From the NCBI GenBank assembly GCA_043807255.1, contig JAZDGD010000012.1, forward strand, positions 1-39,709: a stretch of 39,709 bases of DNA, written 5' to 3'. The notes under the pieces are model-generated. The model saw only the letters and a list, made by a program, of their open reading frames with translations. It did not search any database and was not told the origin of the DNA. Of this stretch, positions 9,309 through 18,772 are shown one piece after another (positions within the stretch are counted from its first letter, which is position 1; every line of letters begins with the position of its first letter). The DNA comes from Patescibacteria group bacterium. Its GTDB lineage: Bacteria > Patescibacteriota > Minisyncoccia > RBG-13-40-8-A. A program made the position numbers and the translations under genes.

Positions 9309-9836
9309 TTATTTTATAATTTGTTTAAGTTTGACTATTGCCCGTCTATACCGACTTTTGGTGGTATTTATTGACTCTCCTATCGTCTCTGCGATTTCTT
9401 TAAAACTAAAAGCATGATCGTGATGCATAGAAATAATTTTCTGATAGTCCGGAGAGAGTTCTTCCAAGGCATAAGCCAAATTATTTTCAATAATATTATT
9501 TTTACCAATTAATTTGTTTATTAAAGAATTGTTCCCATGCTCGTCATCAAAGGCAGAAAATGGCAAACTTTTCTTTTTCCTTAACCAATCGATTGCAGTA
9601 TTTTTGGCAATTGTAAAAATCCAGGATTTAAATTTTTTATCTTGATCAAACTTTTTAATATTGCGCCAAACTTTCAAAAAAATTTCCTGAGTGATGTCCT
9701 CTGCCTCGGCGACATTGTTAATTTTGCGATAAACAAAATTATAAATCAATTTCAGATATTGTTGAACCAAAATCTCAAATGATTTTTCATCACCGTCTAA
9801 ATATTCTTTAATCAAATTGTCGTCATTTCTTTCCAT
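9309..9836 (-). CDS. ECF RNA polymerase sigma factor (sigma-24/SigW-like)
   Basis: AEDITQEIFLKVW, FKSWIFTIAKN, region 4 SFKEIAETIGESINTTKSRYRRA; start taken at MERND. Confidence 0.93.
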   Translation of the reverse strand: MERNDDNLIKEYLDGDEKSFEILVQQYLKLIYNFVYRKINNVAEAEDITQEIFLKVWRNIKKFDQDKKFKSWIFTIAKNTAIDWLRKKKSLPFSAFDDEHGNNSLINKLIGKNNIIENNLAYALEELSPDYQKIISMHHDHAFSFKEIAETIGESINTTKSRYRRAIVKLKQIIK

Positions 9837-9843
9837 CTTTTTA

Positions 9844-9877
9844 AAGTGTCCCGACAACTCTAATTGCCAGGACACTT
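9844..9877 (-). terminator. 15-bp RNA hairpin between ftsX and the sigma gene
   Basis: AAGTGTCCTGGCAAT-TAGA-GTTGTCGGGACACTT pairs fully only on the minus strand, using G.U pairs. Confidence 0.6.
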
Positions 9878-9898
9878 ATTATTACGTGATTTTTAAAA

Positions 9899-10807
9899 TT
9901 AATCTTTCAAATATTTTCGAACAGCAAAGAAACTACTAAATGTTCCCAAAACAGAACTTATCGCCAAAAGCAATAAGGCCAATATGACCGCATTTGATTT
10001 AAAATAAGAAAATATACTTTCAATTGGCAAAAAACTTGATAATTTCGGGGAAACAAAATAGAAAACTGGATACAATAAAATCATTGTCACAATTGTAGAT
10101 ATTAATCCATACATCAGTCCCTCAATAATAAATGGTCCGCGAATAAACCAATTACTCGCGCCAACTAATTTCATTACATTGATTTCTTCTCGAGAACTAT
10201 AGATCGCCAAACGAATCGAATTAAATGTGACCAAAAATACAATTAACGCCATCGCTAAACTCAAAATCAAACCAAAGGTTTTAACATCAATAATAATTTT
10301 CCCTAACTTTTCAATTACACCTTTATTTTGCAAATAATTCACCTTATCTATAATGTTTTTGTAATGCACGCTCTCTAAAAACTGATTTATGCTTGCGTAT
10401 TGCGACGTTTCATTGGCTTTAATGTTCAAGCTCGCTTCAAGTGGATTGTTCTCTAGTTCATCTAAGCTCTGCAATAAAACAGGGTTATCTTTGTGTTTTT
10501 CTTTAAACGCAATCAAAGCGTCATTTTGTGAGGTATATTCAATGCTCTCTACTTCTGCCAATTTTTCTAATTGAGCTTTAGCATCTAAAATTTCCGCTTC
10601 TGGAGTTTCAAGTTTAAAATAAACACTAATATCAATCTTGTCTTCTATGCTTGCAAGTGTTGCATTGGCGATAACATTAACCATCAACAAAACCGTAATC
10701 ACCAATAAAGTTAAAACCATAATACTGATTGTTGCGGTCGACAACCAACCATTTCTCCAAAAATTCTTTAATCCCCACTTGAATACTCTTTTTATTGCTT
10801 CAATCAT
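9899..10807 (-). CDS. ftsX: cell division permease FtsX
   Basis: NFWRNGWLS, NSIRLAIYSSREEINVMKLVGASNWFIRGPFIIEG; downstream of ftsE. Confidence 0.93.
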   Translation of the reverse strand: MIEAIKRVFKWGLKNFWRNGWLSTATISIMVLTLLVITVLLMVNVIANATLASIEDKIDISVYFKLETPEAEILDAKAQLEKLAEVESIEYTSQNDALIAFKEKHKDNPVLLQSLDELENNPLEASLNIKANETSQYASINQFLESVHYKNIIDKVNYLQNKGVIEKLGKIIIDVKTFGLILSLAMALIVFLVTFNSIRLAIYSSREEINVMKLVGASNWFIRGPFIIEGLMYGLISTIVTMILLYPVFYFVSPKLSSFLPIESIFSYFKSNAVILALLLLAISSVLGTFSSFFAVRKYLKD

Positions 10808-10811
10808 AAAT

Positions 10812-11489
10812 TTATACGATATAACGACCGTTTTCTTCATCGCGAATTAAACGGCCCTTATCAAAACTTAATACTCTTTTGCCTAAAGCGTTTATAATTT
10901 CTCGATCGTGAGTTGCCAATAAAACCGTTGTTCCCAACTCATTAATCCTGCATAACAATCTAATAATGTCCCAAGTATGAAGCGGGTCCAAATTTCCCGT
11001 CGGCTCGTCTGCCATTAAAATGTCTGGCTTATGGACCAATGCGCGACCGATTGCCACTCTTTGTTTTTCTCCACCAGACAACTGACAAGGAAAATTGTTT
11101 GCTTTATCGGCTAATTCTACCAAATTTAAAATTTGTGGTACGTCAACAGCGATGTCCGCCTCCGTTCTTCCCGCTGCTTCCATTGCGAAAGCAATATTTT
11201 CATATGCCGTTTTATTGGGAAGCAATTTAAAATCCTGAAAAATTGAACCAATCTTCCTGCGATAAATTGGGATATCGCGTTTTTTCAATTTATCAACTTC
11301 TCTACCATCAACGATAATTTCTCCTTCACTTTGTTCCTCTTCTTTTAATAAAAGTTTTAAAAGTGTGGTTTTGCCGGCACCGGAACGCCCAACAATAGAA
11401 ACAAATTCTTTTGGTTTAATGCTAAAAGTTACTTTGTCTAAAGCAGCACAATCATCATAAAATTTTGAAACATTTTTAAATTCAATCAT
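10812..11489 (-). CDS. ftsE: cell division ATP-binding protein FtsE
   Basis: [45 protein letters not shown]; prfB-ftsE-ftsX synteny. Confidence 0.95.
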   Translation of the reverse strand: MIEFKNVSKFYDDCAALDKVTFSIKPKEFVSIVGRSGAGKTTLLKLLLKEEEQSEGEIIVDGREVDKLKKRDIPIYRRKIGSIFQDFKLLPNKTAYENIAFAMEAAGRTEADIAVDVPQILNLVELADKANNFPCQLSGGEKQRVAIGRALVHKPDILMADEPTGNLDPLHTWDIIRLLCRINELGTTVLLATHDREIINALGKRVLSFDKGRLIRDEENGRYIV

Positions 11490-11490
11490 A

Positions 11491-12532
11491 TTATTTTAGT
11501 TTTATCTCTGCCTCTATAAATTTATCCAAATCGCCATCTAAAACTTCTTCTGGGTGCGAACTTTCTATTTCTGTTCTGTGATCTTTGACCATTTTATATG
11601 GATGTAGAACATAAGAACGAATCTGACTCCCCCACTCCGCAGACAATAAATCCCCCCTTATTTCTTTTTTTTCTTTTTCCGCTTCTTGTAATCGTCTTTG
11701 ATAAATTTTTGTATAAAGAATGCTCATTGCCCTTTCTCGATTTTGTGCCTGACTTCTTTCTCCTTGGCAAGCAACAACCAACTTCGTCGGTAAATGAGTA
11801 ATTCTGATTGCGGTCGAACGCATATTCACGTTTTGTCCGCCTGGGCCAGAAGAACGAAAGGTATCAATCTTTAGATCGTCTGGTTTAATCTCTATTTCTT
11901 TACTGACCTCTGCTCCAATCTCTGGCAAAACCTCCACCAAGGCAAATGACGTGTGTCTTAAATTATCAGAATTAAATGGCGATTGTCTTACCAAGCGATG
12001 CACACCATTTTCTTTCTTTAAATATCCATACACATATGCACCATCAATCTCCAAAACTGCATTTTTAATTCCCGCTTCTTGTCCTAAACTGATATCAATT
12101 AATTTATATTTTAAATTATGTTTTTCGGCATAACGGGAATACATTCTTAAAAGCATATTTGCCCAATCTTGCGCCTCTGTTCCACCAGCGCCAGAATAGA
12201 TAGAAACAATTGCGTTTTTTTTGTCATATTTTCCCGAAAAAAGTGCTTTAAATTCTTCTTTTTTAAATCTTTCTTCCCACGCAGACAACATCAATTCGTC
12301 TTTTATTTCAATTAAATCTTTTTCCAGACCCTTCCAAATATTAACTTCTTCATTTAGCTCTGCTAATTCTTTGCTTGTTTTCGCTGCTTTCTGACTGTCC
12401 TTCCAAAAACCCTCTTCTTGAGTTAAGATTTCTAATTGGATAATCTTGTGTTTTTTATTTTCTAAATCAAAGACAGTCCGCCATCTGACGGGTCTTAATT
12501 TTTAAATCTTCGATTTTATCTTGAATTGTCAT
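11491..12532 (-). CDS. prfB: peptide chain release factor 2 with +1 programmed frameshift (~346 aa)
   Basis: SPF and GGQ motifs. A 21-codon first frame MTIQ...MADCL ends in CTT TGA (12472-12467), and the +1 frame is open to 11491. Confidence 0.93.
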
Positions 12533-12576
12533 CGTATTTATCATTATACCTTAAAAATAATAAAGTTAAAAGAAAA

Positions 12577-12648
12577 AGCCGAGGGCGAGAATCGAACTCA
12601 CGACCCACGCTTTACGAAAGCGTCGCTCTACCTCTGAGCTACCTCGGC
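12577..12648 (-). tRNA. tRNA-Thr(CGT)
   Basis: GCCGAGG acceptor, anticodon arm ACGCT-TTCGTAA-AGCGT, GTTCGATTC T-loop. Confidence 0.93.
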
Positions 12649-12655
12649 AAGCACG

Positions 12656-12726
12656 AGCGGGATACCAGAATCGAACTGGCGCATCAACCTTGGGAAGGTC
12701 GCATACTACCACTGTATTAATCCCGC
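12656..12726 (-). tRNA. tRNA-Gly(CCC)
   Basis: GCGGGAT/ATCCCGC acceptor, anticodon arm CGACC-TTCCCAA-GGTTG, GTTCGATTC. Confidence 0.93.
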
Positions 12727-12805
12727 AACGTAAGAAATTTTTTTCAAAAATTTCAACGTTGCTGAAACGTTTAAATTTGCTTACAAATTTATTACGTTTC
12801 GCAAC
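12725..12805. repeat. two tandem related hairpins in the tRNA-Gly leader
   Basis: GCAACGT..GAAATTTTT-TTC-AAAAATTTC.ACGTTGC then GAAACGT.TAAATTTG-CTTA-CAAATTTA..ACGTTTC. Confidence 0.65.
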
Positions 12806-12811
12806 ATTCTT

Positions 12812-12855
12812 ATTCTACTCCTTTTCTTGATTAAAATCAATATATTTGATATACT
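12812..12855. promoter_or_regulatory. back-to-back sigma70 promoters for the divergent tRNA genes
   Basis: Palindrome TTGATT-AA-AATCAA (12827-12840) supplies both -35 boxes; 17-nt spacers lead to TATACT (+) and TAGAAT (-). Confidence 0.65.
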
Positions 12856-12898
12856 AATATTAATACACCAATAGTAAGCAGTAATGTGTAATACGTAC

Positions 12899-12970
12899 GG
12901 CGCTATCGTCTAATGGTCAGGACAATAGATTTTCAATCTATCAATCCGGGTTCAATTCCCGGTAGCGCTA
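12899..12970 (+). tRNA. tRNA-Glu(TTC)
   Basis: GGCGCTA/TAGCGCT acceptor, anticodon arm ATAGA-TTTTCAA-TCTAT, GGTTCAATTCC. Confidence 0.93.
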
Positions 12971-12971
12971 T

Positions 12972-13655
12972 ATGCATCCTCAATATCAAAAAGCCATAAA
13001 ATTACGCTTAACGGGAAAAAGCTATCGCGAAATAGCAAAAATTTTAAATGTTTCTAAAAGTTCTCTTAGTTCCTGGTTTAAAAACTTAATATTGTCATCT
13101 GATATTCAAAAAATCCTTGAGCAAAAAGGCAGAGTAGCTAGAAAACAATTATTAGAATTTAATTTTCATAGAACGCAAAATATCAACATTGAAAATAATA
13201 TAATTAGAAAAAAATCACTAAAAGAGATTGATCGTCTTTCAAAATATAACTTAAAATTAATCGGCACAGCATTATATTGGTCAGAAGGGTATCAATTTGA
13301 GGTACAAAAGAGAACACCGGAAATTTGTTTTGTTAATTCCAACCCACACATAATAGCATTATTTATTCGTTTTTTAAAAGAAATAATTAAGGCCGATACA
13401 AATAAATTTCGCGTTACAATTCATCTTTATCCCACCACAGACGAAAAAACAGCAATAAAATTTTGGTCACAAATAACCAAAATTGAATCACGTCGTTTTC
13501 ATATAGTTCGACAAGTCAGTAAGTCAAGCCAAGGAAAACGTCCCTTTAACTTATTGCCACACGGGACGTTAAGGTTGATTTCGTCTGGTCGTAAAAATTG
13601 TTTTAGAATTCAGGGATGGATCGATGCCCTTGTCAAACAAGGTAATCCAAAATAA
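12972..13655 (+). CDS. HTH + LAGLIDADG-like domain protein
   Basis: N-terminal HTH (GKSYREIAKILNVSKSSLSSW), then LIGTALYWSEG...FVNSNP..I..FI.FL, a LAGLIDADG-like helix/strand pattern. Confidence 0.7.
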   Translation: MHPQYQKAIKLRLTGKSYREIAKILNVSKSSLSSWFKNLILSSDIQKILEQKGRVARKQLLEFNFHRTQNINIENNIIRKKSLKEIDRLSKYNLKLIGTALYWSEGYQFEVQKRTPEICFVNSNPHIIALFIRFLKEIIKADTNKFRVTIHLYPTTDEKTAIKFWSQITKIESRRFHIVRQVSKSSQGKRPFNLLPHGTLRLISSGRKNCFRIQGWIDALVKQGNPK

Positions 13656-13678
13656 ATTCTGCAAATCAATAAATAAAT

Positions 13679-13705
13679 CAAAAACCCCACATGGTGGGAT
13701 TTTTT
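13679..13705. terminator. bidirectional terminator between convergent genes
   Basis: A-tract, CCCAC-ATG-GTGGG, then ATTTTTT. Confidence 0.6.
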
Positions 13706-13723
13706 AAATCTTGAAAATATTTT

Positions 13724-15376
13724 TTACTGAACCTTAATTCCCCTTTTTTCGAGTTCTTTTATATAATAATTAACTTGATCATATTTCTTTTGTTCCTGAT
13801 ACAAAACGGTTAATGCATAATAAGCATCAATGTATTCTGGATTTATATCGATTGTTTTTAACCACAGTTCTTCGGCTAAATCAAATTTCTTTTCATTGTA
13901 TCGCAATATTCCAAAATTATAATAAACATTTTCATAAAACGGATTGATTTCAATTTCTTTTAAGTATTCTTGCTCCGCCCCGTTAAAATCTTTATTGTTC
14001 ATATAGATTAATCCCAAATTATTGTGGACCATTGTTTCGTTGGGGTTAATTTCTATTGTTTTTAAATATTCTTGTTCTGCCTTGTCGAAATTTTTATCCA
14101 AGTAATACATCGCCCCCATGTTGCGATGTGCCAACGGAGAGTGTGGCGAATTTTTAACCGCATTTTGCCAAAAATTTATTCGATCTTTAAAATTTTGACT
14201 ATGGATTAATGTAACCACCGAAAAAGCGAATACAATTATGCATCCAACAATTAATAATTTTTTAGAATTATCGGCTATCTTTTTTATGAACCAAGTTTCT
14301 GATAAAATAATAAAAAATCCAATTAATGGCAAATATAATCTATGTTCAATAAAGTCAGAAAAAGCAGGATCATCTGGCCTGATAAACGACGGTAGCAAAA
14401 ACACGAGAAACCAAACCAGGCCAAAAATAATTAAGTTGTATTTTTTGTTTTTTGAAAAAATTAGTCCCAAAAACAATAAAATTATTGCAACGATTCCATA
14501 AATAAAAGTCGTATCTTTCATAATTGGCAAGACCGAAAGATTAAAAGGAAAAATGATTTTGCCAACATAGGGAATAATTCCTAAAATGTTCACAAATATT
14601 GACCTTATCATCTCAAAAATACTTGTTTGATTTAAAGCGCTTACTTTTAATGTGCCCTGCCGTAAAATAAACCAAAACACCAAACTGGAAATCCAACCAA
14701 CAATATATTTCCATTTATGGTTCCACGATAATTTTTCTTTGCGAATAAAATAAAAATAAAAAACAATTAAAATCGGAAAGAAAATGGCCGATTCTTTTGT
14801 AAAAAGAGCAAAAATGAAGAACAAAAGATGAAAAAAATAATTTTTCCATCTTTTGGATTCCAAAAATTTTATAAAAAATATAAACGAAGCGAGAACAAAT
14901 AAGGTCATCAGGGAGTCATTTCTTCCCGGTATCCAAGCAACGGCTTGAGTTAAGACCGGATGAACGACAAAAATAATTGAGAAGAAGAAAGAAAGATTTT
15001 TTTTGAAATTTAATTTCTTAAAAAAACAAAAAATCAGACAAGCATTGATAAGATGGATAATTAGACTGGTAAAATGATATCTAAACGAAGAAACATCGCC
15101 AAATTGAGCATCGAGCATATATGAAATAGTAAGCATTGGTCGATAATAGAAAGCTGGCGAACTTTGAATATGAAAAACCTGCTGTTTGAATGCCTCAAAA
15201 ATATTAGAAATGTTGTGAAGAAAATGATAATTATCTAAAATCAACACATTGTCATCTAAATATGTAAAACCAAAAAATAAAGTCGGTAGATACAACAAAA
15301 AACCAATAACCACTATCCAAATAAATGGTTTAATGCATTCTAAGTGATGTGAATTTTGTAAGGATTGATCGTTCAT
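13724..15376 (-). CDS. TMTC-like GT-C membrane glycosyltransferase with C-terminal TPR repeats
   Basis: LDD loop, YYRP, HPVLTQAVAWIPGRND, KES, EHRLYLP motifs and four to five TPRs. Confidence 0.85.
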   Translation of the reverse strand: MNDQSLQNSHHLECIKPFIWIVVIGFLLYLPTLFFGFTYLDDNVLILDNYHFLHNISNIFEAFKQQVFHIQSSPAFYYRPMLTISYMLDAQFGDVSSFRYHFTSLIIHLINACLIFCFFKKLNFKKNLSFFFSIIFVVHPVLTQAVAWIPGRNDSLMTLFVLASFIFFIKFLESKRWKNYFFHLLFFIFALFTKESAIFFPILIVFYFYFIRKEKLSWNHKWKYIVGWISSLVFWFILRQGTLKVSALNQTSIFEMIRSIFVNILGIIPYVGKIIFPFNLSVLPIMKDTTFIYGIVAIILLFLGLIFSKNKKYNLIIFGLVWFLVFLLPSFIRPDDPAFSDFIEHRLYLPLIGFFIILSETWFIKKIADNSKKLLIVGCIIVFAFSVVTLIHSQNFKDRINFWQNAVKNSPHSPLAHRNMGAMYYLDKNFDKAEQEYLKTIEINPNETMVHNNLGLIYMNNKDFNGAEQEYLKEIEINPFYENVYYNFGILRYNEKKFDLAEELWLKTIDINPEYIDAYYALTVLYQEQKKYDQVNYYIKELEKRGIKVQ

Positions 15377-16920
15377 TTGTTTTTGGCTAACAATAATAAA
15401 CTGGCATTTTGAATTAATTCAGTGCTTATTGGCTCTTGCCAATGACCACCCATATTGTCCCAAACATATCCCCCTACAACCTGATAATTTTTGGAGGTAA
15501 GATCAGTTAAATATTTTATAAAAATTTCAGGACTACCCTGGTACCAGAGACCACTAAGATTTCTTTGAGAAACAACAATCGCTTGTGGTAAATTTTTTTC
15601 GAGATCATTCATCGCCTCTGTTTGATATTGTTCTTTGTAGGGTGTTGGCAAATTAAACGGATAAGTAATTACAAAACGAGTTGGGCTTTTTCTTTGGGCA
15701 TAATAATAAATTTGCGGTTCAGATCCGGCAACAAAAACAAAATCATTTACATTGGTAATTTTAGCCAAATGACTGGCCACTTCTTGTGACTCTCCAAACG
15801 GATTAACGGTTCCATAAACCCACTCCGAAAGTTTTTGCGGGCTCATAAAAAATTGTTTTTGAAACGGAGAAAGCATGATTAAAAGGACAATCGGCAAAAT
15901 AATGATTGTAGTTAGGGCCTTTTGCTTACCAGTCGATGATTCCAAAAAAGAACCAAACGAAGCCCCACAAAATAAAGCCAAAAAGGGCATTAAAATTAAA
16001 TAATAATGACCAAGTCCGCTGGGGGTTGAAAACACCGTCAACAAAAGAACGAATAATAATACAAAATAATATAGAATATTTTTGGGTCTCTTAAACAATA
16101 ACCCGATCAAAAGAAATAACAAAATCCACCAATAATGTAAAAACGTGAGCAAATAACCGCCGAAATTAGCCAAAGGATTTACAAAGGCATTCACATAAGA
16201 AAGATTAAAGATAAAAACTTCTTGGAAAAAGTTGTGCCAAACCTTAAAAAACGGAACCAATAATACAATCGCCACAACAATGGCAGTCATACCAATCAAT
16301 AAAATCGGCTTCGCGATAATAAAAAGTTTTCTCGGCACAACAGAACGATAAAGTTTAAATAACCAAAAAATGATTATAAAAAGAATTACCGGTAAACATA
16401 TGGGTTTATAAAAAATTGCCAACGCCGAGAAAAGGCCGGCCAAAATATATGGCCAAGATTTTCGACTATTTTTATAATAGACGAAAAGGGCCAACAGTGC
16501 CACTATGGGCAAAATCATAAATTTTTCAGTGTTTGCGGCGAATGGAGACAGAGGAGGAAAGCTGATTAATGGCAAAAACAAAAAAGCTGAAAATGTTCCG
16601 ACAATTTTCCCCCACTCTTTTGTTGCTATCAAATAAATTAAAATTGATGTTAAAAATACGAAAATCGCTGCCAATGCTCTTGGAGGCCAGACCGCCAGCG
16701 GACTAATCATTTGCCCCAACCAATAAGTATAAATAATCAGTGGTGGTTTTTGCAAAAATGAATCCTGATAAGGCGTGCCCCCAGATCTCAACAGCCACGC
16801 CGAATAAGCATACTCCCCTTCGTCGCGCTCAAATGGAGCAGAAAATGAATTCCAAAAAAGCAAAACAAATAAAAAAATAAATAGAATAAAAATTATAATA
16901 TTTGTACGTGACAATTTCAT
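15373..16920 (-). CDS. ArnT/PMT (GT39/GT83-like) GT-C membrane glycosyltransferase
   Basis: ERDEGEY, QKPP, NTE, polytopic membrane topology. Confidence 0.8.
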   Translation of the reverse strand: MKLSRTNIIIFILFIFLFVLLFWNSFSAPFERDEGEYAYSAWLLRSGGTPYQDSFLQKPPLIIYTYWLGQMISPLAVWPPRALAAIFVFLTSILIYLIATKEWGKIVGTFSAFLFLPLISFPPLSPFAANTEKFMILPIVALLALFVYYKNSRKSWPYILAGLFSALAIFYKPICLPVILFIIIFWLFKLYRSVVPRKLFIIAKPILLIGMTAIVVAIVLLVPFFKVWHNFFQEVFIFNLSYVNAFVNPLANFGGYLLTFLHYWWILLFLLIGLLFKRPKNILYYFVLLFVLLLTVFSTPSGLGHYYLILMPFLALFCGASFGSFLESSTGKQKALTTIIILPIVLLIMLSPFQKQFFMSPQKLSEWVYGTVNPFGESQEVASHLAKITNVNDFVFVAGSEPQIYYYAQRKSPTRFVITYPFNLPTPYKEQYQTEAMNDLEKNLPQAIVVSQRNLSGLWYQGSPEIFIKYLTDLTSKNYQVVGGYVWDNMGGHWQEPISTELIQNASLLLLAKNK

Positions 16921-16948
16921 TTGCGTTAAAAATTTTATATAACTTAAT

Positions 16949-17644
16949 CTAACTAAAACGAATTCTTAAAATGGAAACAAATGCTTCTTTTACTTCTTTC
17001 ATAGAAAAATTAGACGCTCCTCTTTTGCGATTTACAAACGTAGTTGGCACTTCAATAAATTTCACTCCATTTTTGTATAGTTGATATGAAATTTCCGAAA
17101 GAACCATGTATCCACTGCCCTTTATTTTATTTACATCCAATTTTTCCAATGCCTTTCTGCCGTACACTCTATAACCATTAGTGTAATCGTGAATGCCTAT
17201 CCCTAAAACAATATTTGCATAAGAATTAGCAAATCTACTAAAAATTCTCCGCACAAAAGAACAGCCAACAACTTTGCTTTTTTTTAAATAACGAGACCCT
17301 ATAACCAACGCGTTTTCTTCGGCGACAGCAACAAGAGACTTAAACTCGCGGGGATCATGCGAAAAATCGGCGTCCATTTCAGCTATAAACTCATATTTCC
17401 CGGAAAGTCCAAATTCAAAACCCTCGAGTACGGCCGTACCACGACCACTTTTTTTAGACCTTTTAATAAGAAAAAGCCTATCTTCTCCGATTTGTTTATC
17501 CCTTACGAGATCAGCCGTATTGTCGGAACTATCATCCACCACCAAAATATCAACACCTAAGTTCTCTGCAAACAAAGCATCAATCAATTTGATGATGTTT
17601 TCGCTTTCATTGTAGCTAGGTATAATAATTAAAATTTTTTGCAT
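16949..17644 (-). CDS. polyprenol-phosphate glycosyl (mannose) synthase, GT2 DPM1-like
   Basis: IIPSYNESENI, VVDDS, MDADFSHDP, GSRY, DYTNGYR. Confidence 0.9.
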   Translation of the reverse strand: MQKILIIIPSYNESENIIKLIDALFAENLGVDILVVDDSSDNTADLVRDKQIGEDRLFLIKRSKKSGRGTAVLEGFEFGLSGKYEFIAEMDADFSHDPREFKSLVAVAEENALVIGSRYLKKSKVVGCSFVRRIFSRFANSYANIVLGIGIHDYTNGYRVYGRKALEKLDVNKIKGSGYMVLSEISYQLYKNGVKFIEVPTTFVNRKRGASNFSMKEVKEAFVSILRIRFS

Positions 17645-18766
17645 TTAAGAAAAGGTTTTTATTAATTTACTGATTTCTTTTTTCGTCATATCTGGATTAT
17701 TGCCAAAATAAAACCCATGATTATGTACTTTTTCTGTGTTGGATAAATAAAATTTATTTTTTACATGCTTTTTGAAAAAAACCTGATTGTTTATGTTCCC
17801 CGCAACAATTGGTCTTATCTCAATGCCAGCCTTTTTCGCTTTGTCCACGTGCTTATCTCTGATGGCTTGGGTTCTACAAATCAGAGGAAAAGCAAAATTT
17901 GAAATTTTAGTTAAGTTTGGATTATTTATTTTTATAAAATCTGGATTTAAATATATTTTTTCAAATTGTCTGTAGTTTTCTTCTCTTTTGTTTATCATAA
18001 CGTCTAGATATTTCAACTGATCGTTGCCGAGAAAACCCTGTATTTCGGTCGGTCGCAAATTATATCCTATGTCGTAAAAAGCATATTTTCCATAAAATTC
18101 ATTTATTTTATGTTTTTTTCTAATTTTATCTCGTTCAAAAGAGGACAAGTGGCGATCCCAGCCATGAGATCTAACCATTCCGCCTTCAATGGTAGATAAA
18201 TGATGGCCAACATAAAAGGAAAATGTTGAAGCGAGTCCAAAATTGCCAAGTTTTTTCTTTTTATATTCAGAGCCCAGAGACTCACAGTTGTCTTCCAATA
18301 AAATTATTTTATTCCCCTTACAAAACTTTCTTATTTTGTCAATGTCATCACAATAACCCAATAGATTTGTAACAAATAAACACTTGAACTTGTGTTTTTT
18401 GTACGATTCAATTACTTTTTTCGAAGAAATATTTAAAGTATCTAATTCTATGTCAATGGGTACGGGCTTCAAGCCCATGGTTATAAGAGGCATGACATTG
18501 GTCGCCCAAGTTACCGCAGAGAATCCAACGCTATCGCCTAATTTAATTTTATTAAGATTTACCAGGGATTGCATTAATGCCAAATTAGCAGAACTTCCAC
18601 TGTTAAACATTACCGCATGCTTGCGATTTTGCCACAAAGAAAAAGATTTTTCAAAATCAGCGCAATGTTTTCCAATAGACAATCGCTTCGTTTTTTTTAT
18701 AAACTTACAAAGTTTTTCTTTGGTTAATTTTTCGTTATAAAAAGTTGATTTAATTAATTCAATCAT
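17645..18766 (-). CDS. DegT/DnrJ PLP enzyme, ColD-like sugar 3-dehydratase, with apparent internal deletion
   Basis: NSGSSANL, LEDNCESLG, TFSFYVGHHLSTIEGG (His where aminotransferases have Lys), RSHGWDR, GYNLRPTE. Confidence 0.85.
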   Translation of the reverse strand: MIELIKSTFYNEKLTKEKLCKFIKKTKRLSIGKHCADFEKSFSLWQNRKHAVMFNSGSSANLALMQSLVNLNKIKLGDSVGFSAVTWATNVMPLITMGLKPVPIDIELDTLNISSKKVIESYKKHKFKCLFVTNLLGYCDDIDKIRKFCKGNKIILLEDNCESLGSEYKKKKLGNFGLASTFSFYVGHHLSTIEGGMVRSHGWDRHLSSFERDKIRKKHKINEFYGKYAFYDIGYNLRPTEIQGFLGNDQLKYLDVMINKREENYRQFEKIYLNPDFIKINNPNLTKISNFAFPLICRTQAIRDKHVDKAKKAGIEIRPIVAGNINNQVFFKKHVKNKFYLSNTEKVHNHGFYFGNNPDMTKKEISKLIKTFS

Positions 18767-18772
18767 GGTTTT

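Noticed and set aside
11491-12532. prfB as a pseudogene, or UGA recoding (code 25)
   Set aside because: The break is at the classic CTT TGA site; RF2 motifs are intact and TGA ends several genes normally.
12526-12720. 64-aa plus-strand ORF
   Set aside because: Antisense shadow of tRNA-Thr and tRNA-Gly.
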